NCBI RefSeq assembly: GCF_006345805.1
Contig: NC_043004.1
Span: 69,378,001-69,442,000, forward strand
Source of the DNA: Octopus sinensis
Taxonomy: Eukaryota
Direction: 5' to 3'
Length of the DNA stretch: 64,000 bases
Within the stretch, counting starts at the first letter, position 1; each line of letters begins with the position of its first letter. A program made the translations under genes and the position numbers. The notes below the pieces were generated by a model. The model did no database searches. It saw only the letters and a list, made by a program, of their open reading frames with translations, and had not been told where the DNA came from. This document shows positions 50,490 to 63,977 of this stretch, one piece after another.

Positions 50490-51095
50490 TTATCTTTTAC
50501 TTGTTTCAGTCACTGGACCGCAGCCATACTGGGGCACCACCTTGAAGGGTTACATATATGTATATATAGGTGCAGATGTGGCTGTGTGGTAAGAAGCTTG
50601 CTTCCCAACATGGCTCCAGGTTCAGTCCCATTGTGTGACTCCTTGGGCAAGTGTCTTTCACTGTAGCTTCGGGCCAACCAAAGCCTTGTGAGAGGATTTG
50701 GTAGACAGAAACTGAAAGAAGACTGTCATAGATATATGTGTGTATCTTTGTATCTTCACAGCTGATGTTGGTATGTTTACATCCACATACCTTAGCAGTT
50801 CAGCAAAAGTGACTGATTGAACAAGGCTTAAGAAATGTCCTGGGGTCAATTTGTTCGACTAAACCACTTCAAGGCAATGCTCCTGTATGGCCGCAGTCAA
50901 AATGACAAACAAGTAAAAGAAAAAAGGATATATATATACACACACACACACACAATGGGCTTCTTTCAGTTTCCGTCTGCCAGATCCACTTACATGGCTT
51001 TATTTGACCTGAGGTTATAGTAGAAAACATTTGCCCAAGATGCCATGCAGTGGGACTGAACCATGTGGTTGGTAAGCAAGCTTCTTACCATACCT
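50490..51095. mobile_element. Cluster of SINE A pieces: tail(-), near-full(+), head half(-)
   Basis: 50490-50555(-), 50570-50925(+), 50950-51095(-). Confidence 0.75.
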
Positions 51096-53573
51096 CCACA
51101 CCTTTGACTATATTCATAGCTTTTTCTACTTAGCGTTCATCCATTGATAATGAATTATTTCATGTTCTCTCAGACTTTCTAAATTCTTATGATGTAACAA
51201 TTAAAATAATTTTAATTGACTTTGTCATTATTAAGCCAGAGTTTGGAAGAGAAACAGAAAAATTTTTTTTAGAAAAATGTTTTACCAAATTCCTTCAAAT
51301 TCTTGAATATATTAAAAAAAAAAGAAAAATAATTGAAAAAAAGCGTGTTTCATTAGAAGCCTACTAATGAAAAGTTAATATATCTACAGCCACATAGCTA
51401 TATCTGTCTTTTGGTACATCAGTTAGCACTTAGATACCGCAATCTTCATTCCTTTTAGCACAGTCAGTCTTTGATGTTGATTTCCGCTAAAAAACGGACT
51501 CTATCTACCTTGCTTTGTCTTGATTTCATCTTCTCCAAATGTGTTGCCATACAGTTAATTACTTCTGACATATGCTTTATATAATTGGCTCTTTGAAATG
51601 GGGAGAGAGAGAGAGAACAGGAATGTGTGTCTACATTACCAAAAGAAGTAAGAGTCCTTTAGACATCCCTTGAGAATATTAATTAACTTGATACAAGAAT
51701 ATATATTTAGCATGCCACTCAAGTTTCATATTTGTAATTCCCTGAGAAATTTTTTATATCATAAACACCATAATGTTGCTCCATGTCTACACGGGTCAAA
51801 TGAAATTTATTGAGGCAGATTTTCTAAGAGGCTAGTTGTCCTCCCTGTCACCAACGTCTGCCTAGTCAAAGCAAGATGATATTATGACTCGTCCTTGAGA
51901 TAGAAATGACACAGTAGCCAGATGGCCAGACATGTTTTCACAGAAGATTGTGAATGAACAAGGACCCTTGTATGATAGCAATGTTCGTTTATACACAATC
52001 ATCTGATGTCAAGACAAAACATGCATACACTCTGCGTGTGTGTGTATTCAACAGGCTTATTTCAGTTTTTCTCTGCTAGATCTACTCAGAAATCTTGGTT
52101 GGCTTAGGGTTATAGTAGAAGACACTTGGCCAAGGTGCCACACATTGGGACTGCAAAATGGATTTCTTAACCATGCAGCCATTTTTACAGCTATATATGT
52201 ATATATATATATATTATCCAAAGTGTACAATATTATACATCTGTAACAACTGATCTTACCTAGCAGTTTCACATTAGGAAGTCAATGGAGTGTTAGGTAA
52301 CAATCCAATTTTGTAACCCTGCACCCATCAGAGGTAGCCATTTACAAGTGCATTTTTTCTTGACTTATGGACTCTTAAACAACTTACACACACATAATCA
52401 ATTCAAATAAACAAACAATTAAATTAACAATAAAGAGTGCACAAGGAATGTATTAGTTTGGCACTAAAAAGAGAAAGTTTTTGACGTTTTGACCATAATT
52501 TTTTGTTAGAAAGGAAAAAAGGAAAAATCCAAAAAGGCAAAAAAAAAAAAAATTACCAACAGCACATGTGTAATCCCTCTAAATACTGAAAGGGCTGTAT
52601 ATTGCATCTTGAATCTCATTTAGCTGCAGTAAAGCAAATGCCCACTCGCTCTCTTACTCAGCTTCCTTGTTGGTTGATATCTGTAATAAATCATCTGATG
52701 ACAATAACCAGATTTACAAATGAAAACCATTTCAAACTTGACATCAACGACCATTATTCTTGCTAACATGATTTTGGCAATAAGTGTATGAGAGGAATTA
52801 TGTAACACATCATACAGCATTTGAATGAATTAGTTCAAAATAAATGTGTTTAAAAAAAAAAGCAGTTAGACTTGCTTTAAAATAACATATTTGATGTTAA
52901 TACAAACACTTCAAAATGAGAAATTTTTGAATTGTAGAATGAAATGCCAGTCTTAGATGGGTTAGTATCAAAAAAAAGGAATTGACAGACACATGATATT
53001 CTGAAACAGTGACGACATTTGCAGTATTATGTTTCCAAAATTCTAATTCTTTCAACTTGGACCACATCCATTCATGTTTCAACTTTCTCATGATACTTTA
53101 AATGAGTGAAATTATCATTGATTAGTTCAAAACTTAATCTTATAAGTCATTCAGAATTATTAGCTAAATATTATTTTAGATTAGTCTAAATTTCATGAAA
53201 AAAAAAATTTCTGTTTCTATTATGCCAAAATTCTGGCTTAATTCTCTCTCTTTTTTTTCTCTTTATTAAATACATCCCAGATATAATTAAATCATTTTAC
53301 ATTTTATTTTGATTGTCAGAATAAAGTGAACAGTTCTTCATTTTTCTCACAGCTTTGATGCTGTTTTATCATTTTATATATATAAAAGCACCCACTACAG
53401 TCTCAGAGTGGTTGGAGTTAGGATGGGCATCCAGCTGTAGAAACTCTGCCAGATCAAGATTGGAGCCTGGTGCAGCCATCTAGTTTGCCAATCCTCAGTC
53501 AAATCGTCCAATCCATGCTAGCATGGAAAGCGGACATTGAATGATGATGATGATATATATATATATAATATAT

Positions 53574-53623
<50 letters not shown>

Positions 53624-54699
53624 ATTTATAAACAAGGGCAAAAGAAAAAAATTTCTAATGCCAAATATGCCGAAACTAGAAATGAGTTGCACCATCACTG
53701 GTGCCAAGCTGTATTAACCTTTGCCTTTCCCTTCGATAACATCAGTGGCATGAAGAGGGGAGGCTGATATGCATGGGTGACTGCTGGTCTTCCTTAAAAC
53801 AACCTTTTCCAGACTTGTGCTACAGAGGATATCTTTCTAGGTGCAATCTCATGGTCATTCATGATTGAAGGGGATCTTTACCCTATATATATCTTCATCA
53901 TTTAACATCCCTTTTTCCATGCTTAAATGAATTAGACGGAATTTATCAGGGCAGATTTCTACGACTGGATGCTTTTCTTCTCTCCAACCCTCACCTGTTT
54001 CTAACTAAAGCTAAACATGATTTTCGTGGAAGACTTGGAACAGTCTTGTTTTAATGATGATGATGATGATCATCATTTATAAAAATCACATAATGTCTAG
54101 ACAAAGGTATACATGCATGCACACTAATCTAAATACATATATATGTAAATTATGAGCTTGCTTCCCAACCATGAGGTCATGGGCTCAGTCCCACCGCACA
54201 GCACCTCAGGCAAGGGTCTTTTATCATAGGCCTGGACCAACCAAAGCCTTGTGAGCAGATTTGGTAGGGGGAAGCTGAAGGAAGCCTGTCCTATGTTTGT
54301 GTGCGTACCCATGGGCTGACATTATGTGATTGTTGTAAACATTGCTTGGTGATGCTTATTGTTTTCATTTCCAGTCATCTATGGGAAACGTGTTTGGACA
54401 TGAAGAAATATTAGCCTTGCTGGGGAAAAAGTTGAGGGCTCACAACAGGAAAGGCTGTTTCTACAGATACTCCATAGAAATCATTGCCAGCATCCTTTCG
54501 GGGTCGATAATTGCCTTTCATCCTTTTGGGGTTAATAATTGCCATTCATCCTTTTTGGGATCGATAAATTAAGTACCAGTTGCGTACTGGGGTTAATCTA
54601 ATCGACTGGCCCTCTCCCCAAAAATTTTGGGCCTCGTGCCTAGATTAGAAAAGAATATATGAGATGTCAGATGTAAACAATGAGATTGTAGATGAAAAG

Positions 54700-54955
54700 T
54701 GAATAATAGGCATATATGCCATATTTCGGGTTGGTGGGGGGGTCTTCAGCATCCATCTAACCTATTAATCCATCAGCACCTATCTATCCCATTCATCATC
54801 CTCGAACACATATAGTGGTGTAAAGTTATTGGATATATGTGTGGTGGCTATTTAAAGCAATATGTTTGAGGATGATTAATAGGTTAGATGGGTGCTGATG
54901 AAGGGGCAACCCATCCATGCCTCCCACCAAAATATGGCATATATTGCCCATTATC
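54700..54955. mobile_element. Fold-back repeat with degenerate HHR-like motif
   Basis: Arms at about 54700-54815 and 54860-54955. Plus arm GTG-CTGATGA-AGGGG...CCCACC-AAAATATGGCAT; minus arm ATG-CTGAAGA...CCC-GAAATATGGCAT. Confidence 0.55.
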
Positions 54956-55049
54956 CATTTTTTGTCTTTGATCCCATTGTTTGTTTACATCTGACGCCTC
55001 GTATACAAAATGTAGCAGAAATCAGTGCTGGCTACAATTGCTATCGAGT

Positions 55050-55466
55050 ATCTCTTTTACTTGTTTCAGTCATTTGACTGTGGCCATGCTGGAGCACTGC
55101 CTTTAGTCAAGCAAATCGACCCCAGGACTTATTCTTTGTAAGCCTAGTACTTATACTATCAATCTCCTTTGCCGAACCGCTAGGTTACAGGGATGTAAAT
55201 ACACCAGCATCGGTTGTCAAGCGATGTTGGGGGGGACAAACACAGGCACACAAACATACACATACACACACACACACACATATATATATATACATATCTA
55301 CGACAGGCTTCTTTCAGTTTCCGCCTACCAAATCCACTCACAAAGCTTTGGTCATCCCGAGGCTATAGTAGAAGACACTTGCCCAAGGTGCCACGCAGTG
55401 GGACTGAACCCAGAACCATGTAGTTCGTAAGCAAGCTACTTACCACACAGCCACTCCCACGCCTGC
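55050..55466 (-). mobile_element. SINE family A, full length
   Basis: Near-consensus reverse copy. A further headless plus-strand copy lies at 57462-57750. Confidence 0.9.
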
Positions 55467-56271
55467 AGAAATAACCTTAACAACTAATATAAAGTGCACT
55501 GTTAATGCAGTCGAACGTGGTATTGACTTATAAAATGTCTAATATACTTTACAGCAGAGGCAGACTGAGAGTATTAAGGCCCTCGGACATAGCCGTTTAC
55601 TGGGCCCTTTTAGTAGAACTATTATCATAATATACTGCTTTACAGTATATTATGGTTGCATAACAAAATACCACATACTTACAAATTATTAACAGGAAAG
55701 GCATCCGTACAAAATTTTCCTCGACAAATTATGCCTGATCAATGCATAAGTGAATGTTAGATGATGTTAATGATGAAACCCTCTCTAGGAACCTTGTAGG
55801 GGGCACCTAATAAATTCCTTTACCATATTTCAGTTAAGTACTTTTAATATAGTGAGTTTAAACTGCATTAAGATCAATCTTGCTTTTCATTCTTCAGCAG
55901 TCAAAATTCTAACAAAAGACTTTTTTGTTTTTTGTTTTGGCATATTCTTTCAGTTCAGCTGTATCAAGTATTAATGCAAATGGCATTACTCATTATATTG
56001 TTTGTATCCAATTGGAATAATTAATAATTTACTAATGAGGTGGATTCATAATTGGAAATGAATCCTTATTGCTCATTGACAAGATTGCTTCAATGTGCTT
56101 GCAGTGTTTAATAGCCTTGTTTTAATTATATTGCTTAATTAGAAATGAAAGGGAACACATATTTTCAAAAGATTTTTAATTCTTTGGTTTATATAATGGG
56201 AAGTAAAATTTCTTAACTCTTGAAAATTCGTAAACCAATTTACAAGTCCATCAGATCTTTATCATGTTTAA

Positions 56272-56458
56272 CCCTTTAGCATTCCAACCGGCCATATCAG
56301 GCCTGTTTTCTGTTCAAACTGGCTGTATCTGGCCTCTCACACCTATCCTGCTGTATCATTGACAAAATCTCAAAACTGCAAGATAAATACATGGTTAATT
56401 CAAAACAACCTGAATAGGTAATCATTACATTTAACAGAATAATCTGAATACTAAGGGA
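56272..56458. mobile_element. piggyBac-type MITE, second family
   Basis: TTAA|CCCTTTAGCATTC...GAATACTAAGGGA|TTAA. Confidence 0.7.
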
Positions 56459-56589
56459 TTAAACAAATCCAACCACAACTTTATTTCATCAGACAATAAA
56501 AAATTCCCCCAAAATAAGAATTCTATTGTCATTTATAACAGGTGTTTGGTTCTTTTTTTTTTTTTGTTTTTAAGAAAAACACTGTATTA

Positions 56590-57070
56590 AATGAATAGTA
56601 TATGAGAAAAATAGGCCTCGTTCCAAGACCCCAAGTTATCATGAGCATTATGAGTGGTTGCTGGTATTTGCTTTGTTGCCCCAAAGACTTAATGTATCCT
56701 TATTTATGGCTGTTTGGTTTCAAAAATAAATGTTACGTGAATTAGTGATAAATGAAGAAAAGAACATATGGGGAAAATGGGTTTTGTTTTGGAACTCCAA
56801 GTTGTCCTGAGCATTGAGGATGGTTGGTGGGACCTGCTTTGGTGGCCTAACGAATCCATTATCAACTTTATCTCTCCAAACATCAAAAAAAAAAAAGAAC
56901 TAATACATCTGTCCTTGCTTATCATAGCAGTTTTGGTTCCACGAAAGCATGTTACAGTGATAAATAAATCATAGAACATATGGGAGAAGAGGTTTCATTC
57001 TGGGACCCCAATTTGTCCTGAGCATTGTGAGTGGTTGTTGGTCTGTACTTTTACAGTCCAAGCAGAATCT
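56590..57070. repeat. Ancient tandem triplication, unit about 165-215 bp
   Basis: Core GGGACCCCAAGTTGTCCTGAGCATTGTGAGTGGTTG in diverged form at about 56620, 56785 and 57000, each preceded by an (AGAAC)ATATG-purine motif. Confidence 0.7.
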
Positions 57071-59536
57071 TTGACTGATTGTACCACCTACACCCATCTT
57101 ATTCTGGATCTGTGATAAACAAGTAAAGATGTACTAACATAACTGAATGGACAAATCTCTGTGATTGCTTGACTTGCTAGAAATAGCAACCAAATCTCTC
57201 ACAAATCACTCCATATCCTCAGCATTTAAACTGGCCATATCTGGCCCAAATAATCTGTTTTATGTTCAAACTGATTAGATATGGCTTCTTGCACCAACCC
57301 AAGGACATTCTAAAAATATACATTCACATCATCAAAACCTTGAATTTACATAATACATGTTTAATTCAAAACGATGTATTTACATTATAAATAAATAGGC
57401 ATTACATTTGACAAAGGAATCTGAATACCATATGCTTAAATTAAAGAACTGTCTTCTACTTTAGCCTCAGGCCGACCAAAGCCTTGTGAGTAGATTTGGT
57501 AGACGGAAACTGAAAGAAGCACAGTGTATATATGTATGTGTATATGTATATGTTGTGTATCTGTGTTTGTCCCCGCAACATCGCTTGACAACCGATGCTG
57601 GTGTGTTTAGGTCCCCGTAACTTAGCGGTTCGGCAAAAGAGACCGATAGAATAAGTACTAGGCTTACAAAGAATAAGTCCTGGGGTTGATTTGCTCAACT
57701 AAAGGCGGTGCTCCAGCATGGCCACAGACAGTCAAATGACTGAAACAAGAGTATAGGATAATATAGTCCATGATGCATGTAAAAAGGAAAGGTGGGGATA
57801 ATAGAGCTGTTAGTGTGGACTGACCAGTATTAGGCAGCAACTAATACAAACACACAGCAAATGAGCAAAGTTGTGTAGATCATCCAGCTTGCTAGAAATA
57901 GTAACCAAATCTCCATCTCACTCTGCTAACTTAAATGATTAGAGTTATATCCCTTGTAGAAGTATGCCATCCAACGTCTTAGATTTGGTTTGACTTTTTC
58001 ATTACGAGATTGTTAATAAAACATACTACTTGTATATTTGAATTTATTTTTTAAAATAATCAAGAATTTGGAAGGATTTTGTAAGATAACTAAATTTATG
58101 GTTGAAACCATGTCTGTATCTATGGAAAAATATATATAGAAAAAAATATGCACATAGATATATGTACACATACAGCAAAAAGATTAGCAGTTTTCTGTTT
58201 TTGCTTGTGTCAGGTAATAGAAGACTATGAAATACTATGAGACCCATCCAACCTTGCCAGTATAGAACAGTAGATGTTAAATGAGAATGGTGATGATGGT
58301 CATAGGATTTTTCAAAGACTTATGCATATTGATTCTGAAGTGCCATCAAAATTACAAGTATGCAAATTAGGCTATCTACTATTGTGGTGTTTGTACATCA
58401 GTAGCATAACATGTTTAAATTCTTCTTTCACCCACAGTGAGGTTTTATAATATTTAAATTTATTTCATTTCTTATGTAACTCTTTATCATTCCTATAAGA
58501 TTTTCCTTAATAATTCTAGATTAGCATCATGAGTTTTTGAAAGGTTGCAGAAACCAATGTCAATGAAATATTTCTTGGTAAACATCTCGACTCACCAAAA
58601 GCCCAAGAGAAACTTAACTCTATTAAAACATGATGTAATTAGTAATTGAATTTAATTAGAACTGGCATAATTTGTATTATAAGAATTCTGTTGACTTAAT
58701 TATGGGTTTAGGCATGGCTATGTTGTTTAGAAGTTTACTTCCCAAATGCATTGTTTCAAGTTCAGTTCTACTGTGTGGCAACTGTCTTCTGTAATAACTT
58801 TCGCCTGACAGAAGTCTTCAGAGTGGATTTGGTAGATGAAAAACTAAAAGAAGCCCATTGCCTCACGTCATCACCATCATCATCCAGTGTTTTAAACCTG
58901 GGTTTTGTCCCCATAAACGAGGGTGGCTGGATCTGCCTCAATGCCATAACAACCAAGGTAGGCAGGTGCAGTCCACCCCAACCTTTGGGCTGGCTGGTGC
59001 CCATTCTCCTTTGCTATCATGAGGCATTTTTGGAGCTGGATTTTCTCCAGGGAGCAAACCCTTGCTTATCCCCAACCTCAGTTTCTAGACATGAGTGGTC
59101 CTGAGTCTGAGGCCTCGACCACGATCTTTAAGAAATATGGTGGAAAACTGGCTCAGGAAGGCAGGGATGCTACTCTCTGAAACCCCTTTCGGAGCCCTCC
59201 TACCTGATATAATTTACAATTGTGTCTCAATGGTAGAAAGTGACTGAAATGATGAGAGAGTGAGTAGCAGTTGGAGACATTAAACGTAGCCGAGGAAACG
59301 TGGAAACAGGATGATTGCAGTGAGCTGTAATGGCTGGAGTTGTGCGTATTTTGATTAGAGTGAAATTTCAAATATCATAAATGTTGTGAGAAATATATCT
59401 TCACCTAATTTTGTAGTTTACATCAGAAAGGTAAAAAAAACAGAAAGAAAACACAAGAAGAATTGAAAACCTGTTAAGTGTAAGTGTTGATTTCAAGTGA
59501 TGGAAGTTCACATATATATGTGCATGTATGCTGATA

Positions 59537-59569
<33 letters not shown>

Positions 59570-59915
59570 GCAATATAACTCCACAGAACTGGTTGCTGGT
59601 TGTTTTAGAAAAAAAGAAAATACTGACAGAAAAGAAAGAAAATAGTCCAATATTGAATTTCATTCACTCTCAAAATGCAGACGATGTTCTCAAAACAGAA
59701 TATATTTAATATCACATATGCTCATACACATGCATACCTTGGTATAAAAATTATTTTTGAAAGGAAAGAATTTAATGTGTATGTGTACATACACACATAC
59801 ATACACACACACATATAAATATTGGTATAATTACAGTTTGGTGCCCCCCTCAAATTTGTTTTCTCATAGCTTTTTGGAAAATTAATATTATTTTAATGAA
59901 ATTTTGCAGATATAT

Positions 59916-60090
59916 TTAGGCACAGGAGTGGCTGTGTGGTAAGAAGCTTGCTTCCCAACCACATGGTTCCAGGTTCAGTCGCACTGCATGGTACCTTGGG
60001 CAAGTGTCTTCTACTATAGCCTCAGGCTGACCAAAGCCTTGTGAGTGGGTTTGGTAGACAGAAACTGAAAGAAGCCCATCATATATATAT

Positions 60091-60126
<36 letters not shown>

Positions 60127-60257
60127 CCGGAGTAAACGCATAAATGTGAAACAAGGTGGAAAAAAGAGTACTCAAATACCAGTGGTAGAGTAATATGCTT
60201 TATTTAAAAGCAGCAGAAAATTCAACAAAACCTGTTACTCTGAGTTTCACATTCCTG

Positions 60258-60294
<37 letters not shown>

Positions 60295-60492
60295 CACATA
60301 TATATATGTATGTGTTTGTGTGTCTGTGTTTGTCCCCCCACCATCACTTTACAACTGATGTTAGTGTGTTTACATCCCCATTACTTAGCAGTTTGGCAAA
60401 GGAGCCCGATAGAATAAGTCCTGGGGTCAATTTGTTCAACTAAAGGCAGTACTCCAGCATGGCCACAGTCAAATGACTGAAACAAGTAAAAG
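59916..60492 (+). mobile_element. SINE family A with an HHR-family fragment (60127-60258, minus) nested in its central (TA)n
   Basis: Head half 59916-60085 and tail half 60290-60492. The insert reads ACA-GGAA-TGT-GAAAC-TCAGA-GTA-ACAGG on the minus strand. Confidence 0.8.
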
Positions 60493-60525
<33 letters not shown>

Positions 60526-60879
60526 CTTTTGAGGGTGTGGTTTACAATTATACTGATAAAATTTTTTTAAAGACATTTTTTGAGAGTTTCAGATCATTCC
60601 ATAACTTTTGTATTTTTCAATTATTATTTTTCTTTTGTTCATATTTATTTGAAATCTCAACATCATCATGGGCCCTATCCATATTGTAAGAAAAACATTA
60701 TCAACTTGAAAACACTTGATTCTCTTAAAACTCTTTAGTTTTGATAAAGTAAAATATTACAAATTTAAAAGAATTTCAGTTCTCAGATTCTGGTCTCCTT
60801 CCCCTACAATATTCCCCTTGCTAATCATAAATAACACCCGTAAGAAAACGTCCAACTTGCTGTTGCTTGAGGATCTGGG

Positions 60880-61306
60880 CAGGGCTGTGGAGTCGAAACA
60901 GAAAACTTTGACTCTGACTCCTCTAATTTTAGCACCTCCAACTTCACCTCCTTTATGTAATTAAGTGATTGTGGTCTATTTTACCGACTCTGACTCCAGC
61001 TACCCCTTAATCGTTTATGACTCCATGACTCCAGCTACCCTTTAATTGTTTCTGACTCTGACTCCATGACTCCAGCTACCCTTTAATTGTTTCTGACTCT
61101 GACTCCATGACTCCAGCTACCCTTTAATTGTTTCTGACTCTGACTCCAGCTACCCTTTAATTGTTTCTGACTCTGACTCCATGACTCCAGCTACCCTTTA
61201 ATTGTTTCTGACTCTGACTCCATGACTCCAGCTACCCCTTAATTGTTTCTGACTCCATGACTCCAGCTACCCTTTAATTGTTTCTGACTCTGACTCCACA
61301 GCCCTG
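60880..61306. mobile_element. TIR element (hAT-like MITE) with an internal 8-unit minisatellite
   Basis: Perfect 15-bp TIRs CAGGGCTGTGGAGTC / GACTCCACAGCCCTG. Eight CAGCTACCC-containing units of about 33-41 bp are built from GACTC/GACTCC motifs. No 8-bp TSD is visible. Confidence 0.8.
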
Positions 61307-61504
61307 TAAAGCTCATATCAAGCAAAGCAACAACAATGTAAATGATAATAGTAATAAACTTAGCTATTTGAATTTAATGATTGTTGTTGCCCCTTTGTGT
61401 CAAACCAAGAAATAAGATCTTATTTAACTATCAACTCATGTATGTCTTCTTTATCTCAATAATACAACAAAAAAAGCTTAATATCTTTCCATTTCATATT
61501 GGTT

Positions 61505-61882
61505 TCGAACTTTGGCACAAGGCCAGCAATTCCAGGTGTGGGCATAAGTTGATTACATCATATCCTAGTGCGCAACTGGTACTTATTTCATTGACCCTAA
61601 AAGGATTCAAAGGCAAAGTTGACCCTAGTGGCATTTGAACTTGTATCATTAAGTTGAAAGAAATACTCTCTTTCTCTTTTACTTGTTTCAGTCATTTTGA
61701 CTGCGGCCATGCTGGAGCACCGCCTTTAGTCGAGCGAATCGACCCCGGGACTTATTCTTTGTAAGCCTAGTACTTATTCTATCGGCCTCTTTTGCCGAAC
61801 CGCTACGTGACGGGGGACGTAAACACACCAGCATCAGTTGTCAAGCAATGCTAGGGGGACAAACACAGACACACAAACACAT

Positions 61883-61927
<45 letters not shown>

Positions 61928-62135
61928 TACGACAGGCTTCTTTCAGTTTCCGTCTACCAAATCCACTCACAAGGCATTGGTTGGCCTGGGGCTATAGCAG
62001 GAGACACTTGCCCAAGATGCCACGCAGTGGGACTGAACCCGGAACCATGTGGTTGGTTAGCAAGCTACTTACCACACAGCCACTCCTGCTAAGCATTTTG
62101 TTTGGCATGGTAACGATTCTGCTAGCTTATTGCCT
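61505..62135 (-). mobile_element. SINE family B interrupted by a full-length family A copy (61665-62087)
   Basis: B sequence breaks after GAAATACT and resumes at GCTAAGCATTTTG. Confidence 0.85.
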
Positions 62136-63243
62136 TATCATTATATTTCTTATTAAAACCATTTAGTTGTTCTAAAGAGTTACACAGGAGATTCTGTTAA
62201 ATATTCTTCAACCATTTCTCACCTTAAAATATTTTTAGATAATTAACTGCTTTAATTACTCATTATTTTCAAGTAATATGATATTGAAGCCTTTCGAATT
62301 GTATTTATTGGAATGAAGGAAAAGTGGCATATTTCTACAAGTGTCTATATTTCTAGTGTTGTTGTGGTTGTTGTTATGGTGATTTAGTCCCCGCTCAACC
62401 ATATCAGCCCCCCCCCCCCCCATATGCAGGGTAGGAACTAGAAACTGCATTATACAATCTAAGAGAGGAAATTGCGATTTGTAAAGAAATTTAGCTGCTA
62501 CTTTGGATCTTAGATGTTTTGCTTGTTTCACTCATTAGATTGTGGCCATGCTGGGGCACCAGCTTAAAGGGTTTAGTCAAATCATCTGCACCTCATCCCC
62601 CTCATTAGCTATTTTTTTTTGTCTTTTAAAGTTTGATATTTATACTATTGGTCTATTTTTTTCTAAATTTGTTAAGTTACAGGGATGTAAAGAAACCAAC
62701 ACCAGTTGACAAGTAGTAGAGGGCAGTCAAACACACACACAAGCTTCCACATAGTTTCCATCTACCAAATTCACTCATAAGGCATTGGTTTGCCCAGGTC
62801 TATAGTAGAAAATGCTTGCCCAAGGTGCTGTGCAGTGGGATTGAACCTGAAACCACATGGTTGCAAAGCAAGCTCCTTAACTACACAGCCTTGTATTTAT
62901 TTTAACTTAATATGTTTCTGATCGATTTCCATCATAAACCACATCGTATCACTGTAAACCAATTCTGTTTGTAGTTTGCATTGGTTGCTCATGGAACTTT
63001 AATACTTGAAGCAAAACCACTTGAAGTGAATTTAAATTTGTCTCCCTCTTAGAATATTTCCAGTTATTTGAAAGTCGTTGAATGTTTGTGATAAATAGAT
63101 AAATAGCTGCAGTATATCTCTTTGAGGTGCTGCTTTTTAGCCTAATCCAGAAAATGGCATGGCTTTGACTTTCTCACTTCTGAGAACCAACTCAATCTTC
63201 AGATCATTGGGAATTAAATTCTTTTAACCTTGGAAGCTTATTC

Positions 63244-63302
63244 CTATAGATTTCTGGTGTTTCTCCTTTCTGCTGAAGCATCAGATGTCAGTGGAATGTC
63301 CT
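63244..63302 (-). CDS. Candidate terminal coding exon (xDIPLTSDASAERRNTRNL*) of a gene entering from the right
   Basis: Very strong acceptor GTTCTTTTCTCTTCAG|AG in unique sequence. The longest frame gives 18 codons and then a stop. No homolog recognised. Confidence 0.25.
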
Positions 63303-63403
63303 CTGAAGAGAAAAGAACTTCAGTTTTTATGCATATGGCCAATAAACAATAGTTATCATCTTAAAACACCTCTTAAATGTTGCTGTCTTAGTTGTTTAAA
63401 CGT

Positions 63404-63977
63404 TTAACCTTTGAACTGGCTATATCCGGCCCAAGTATTCTACATGTTTTATGTTCAGACCAACCAGATCTAGCTTCTCACACATGTCTTACAGTGTCAT
63501 TCTAAAAATAAAGTCACATTGTCAAAATTCCAAAGCTATGAGATAATGCATGATTAATTCAAAACAATGTGAATGAGTACTCCGAGAGTGCAAACCTCCA
63601 CCAGGGCAACACCAACGTCCTTTCAACGATTAGCCAGAGATGATTTTTAAAATGAGAATATCTGAAATAAACTTGACTGCTCTCACAAATGAGAATACTA
63701 AAAATGAACCTGACCGCTCTCAAAGATTAAGTAACAGGAAAAAAAAAAATCCAGAGTCCTTTCCCGGTACTGGATTGATCCCAAAATTTAATCAGTTCAT
63801 GCTAGTCACAAGGCCAAACATCCCTGAAAGTTTCATCCAAATCCATCCAGTGGTTCTTGAGATATCTTGTCCACGGCAAACAAACGAACACGACTGAAAA
63901 CAATACCCCAGCCTTTGCTAAGGCAGAGACAATAAATAATCACATTTGACAGAGTAAGCTGAATGCTGAAGGCTTAA
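63404..63977. mobile_element. piggyBac-type MITE with a nested Helentron/HINE-like insertion (about 63580-63930)
   Basis: MITE ends TTAACCTTTG... and ...GAATGCTGAAGGCTTAA. The insert ends AAAGTTTCATCCAAATCCATCCAGTGG...CAAACAAACGAAC...GAAAACAATACCCCAGCCTTTGCTAAGGCAGAG, with a subterminal hairpin. Confidence 0.55.

Noticed and set aside
60985-61300. CRISPR-like regularly spaced repeats
   Set aside because: The units are contiguous with no unique spacers, there are no cas genes, and the context is eukaryotic; it is a minisatellite.
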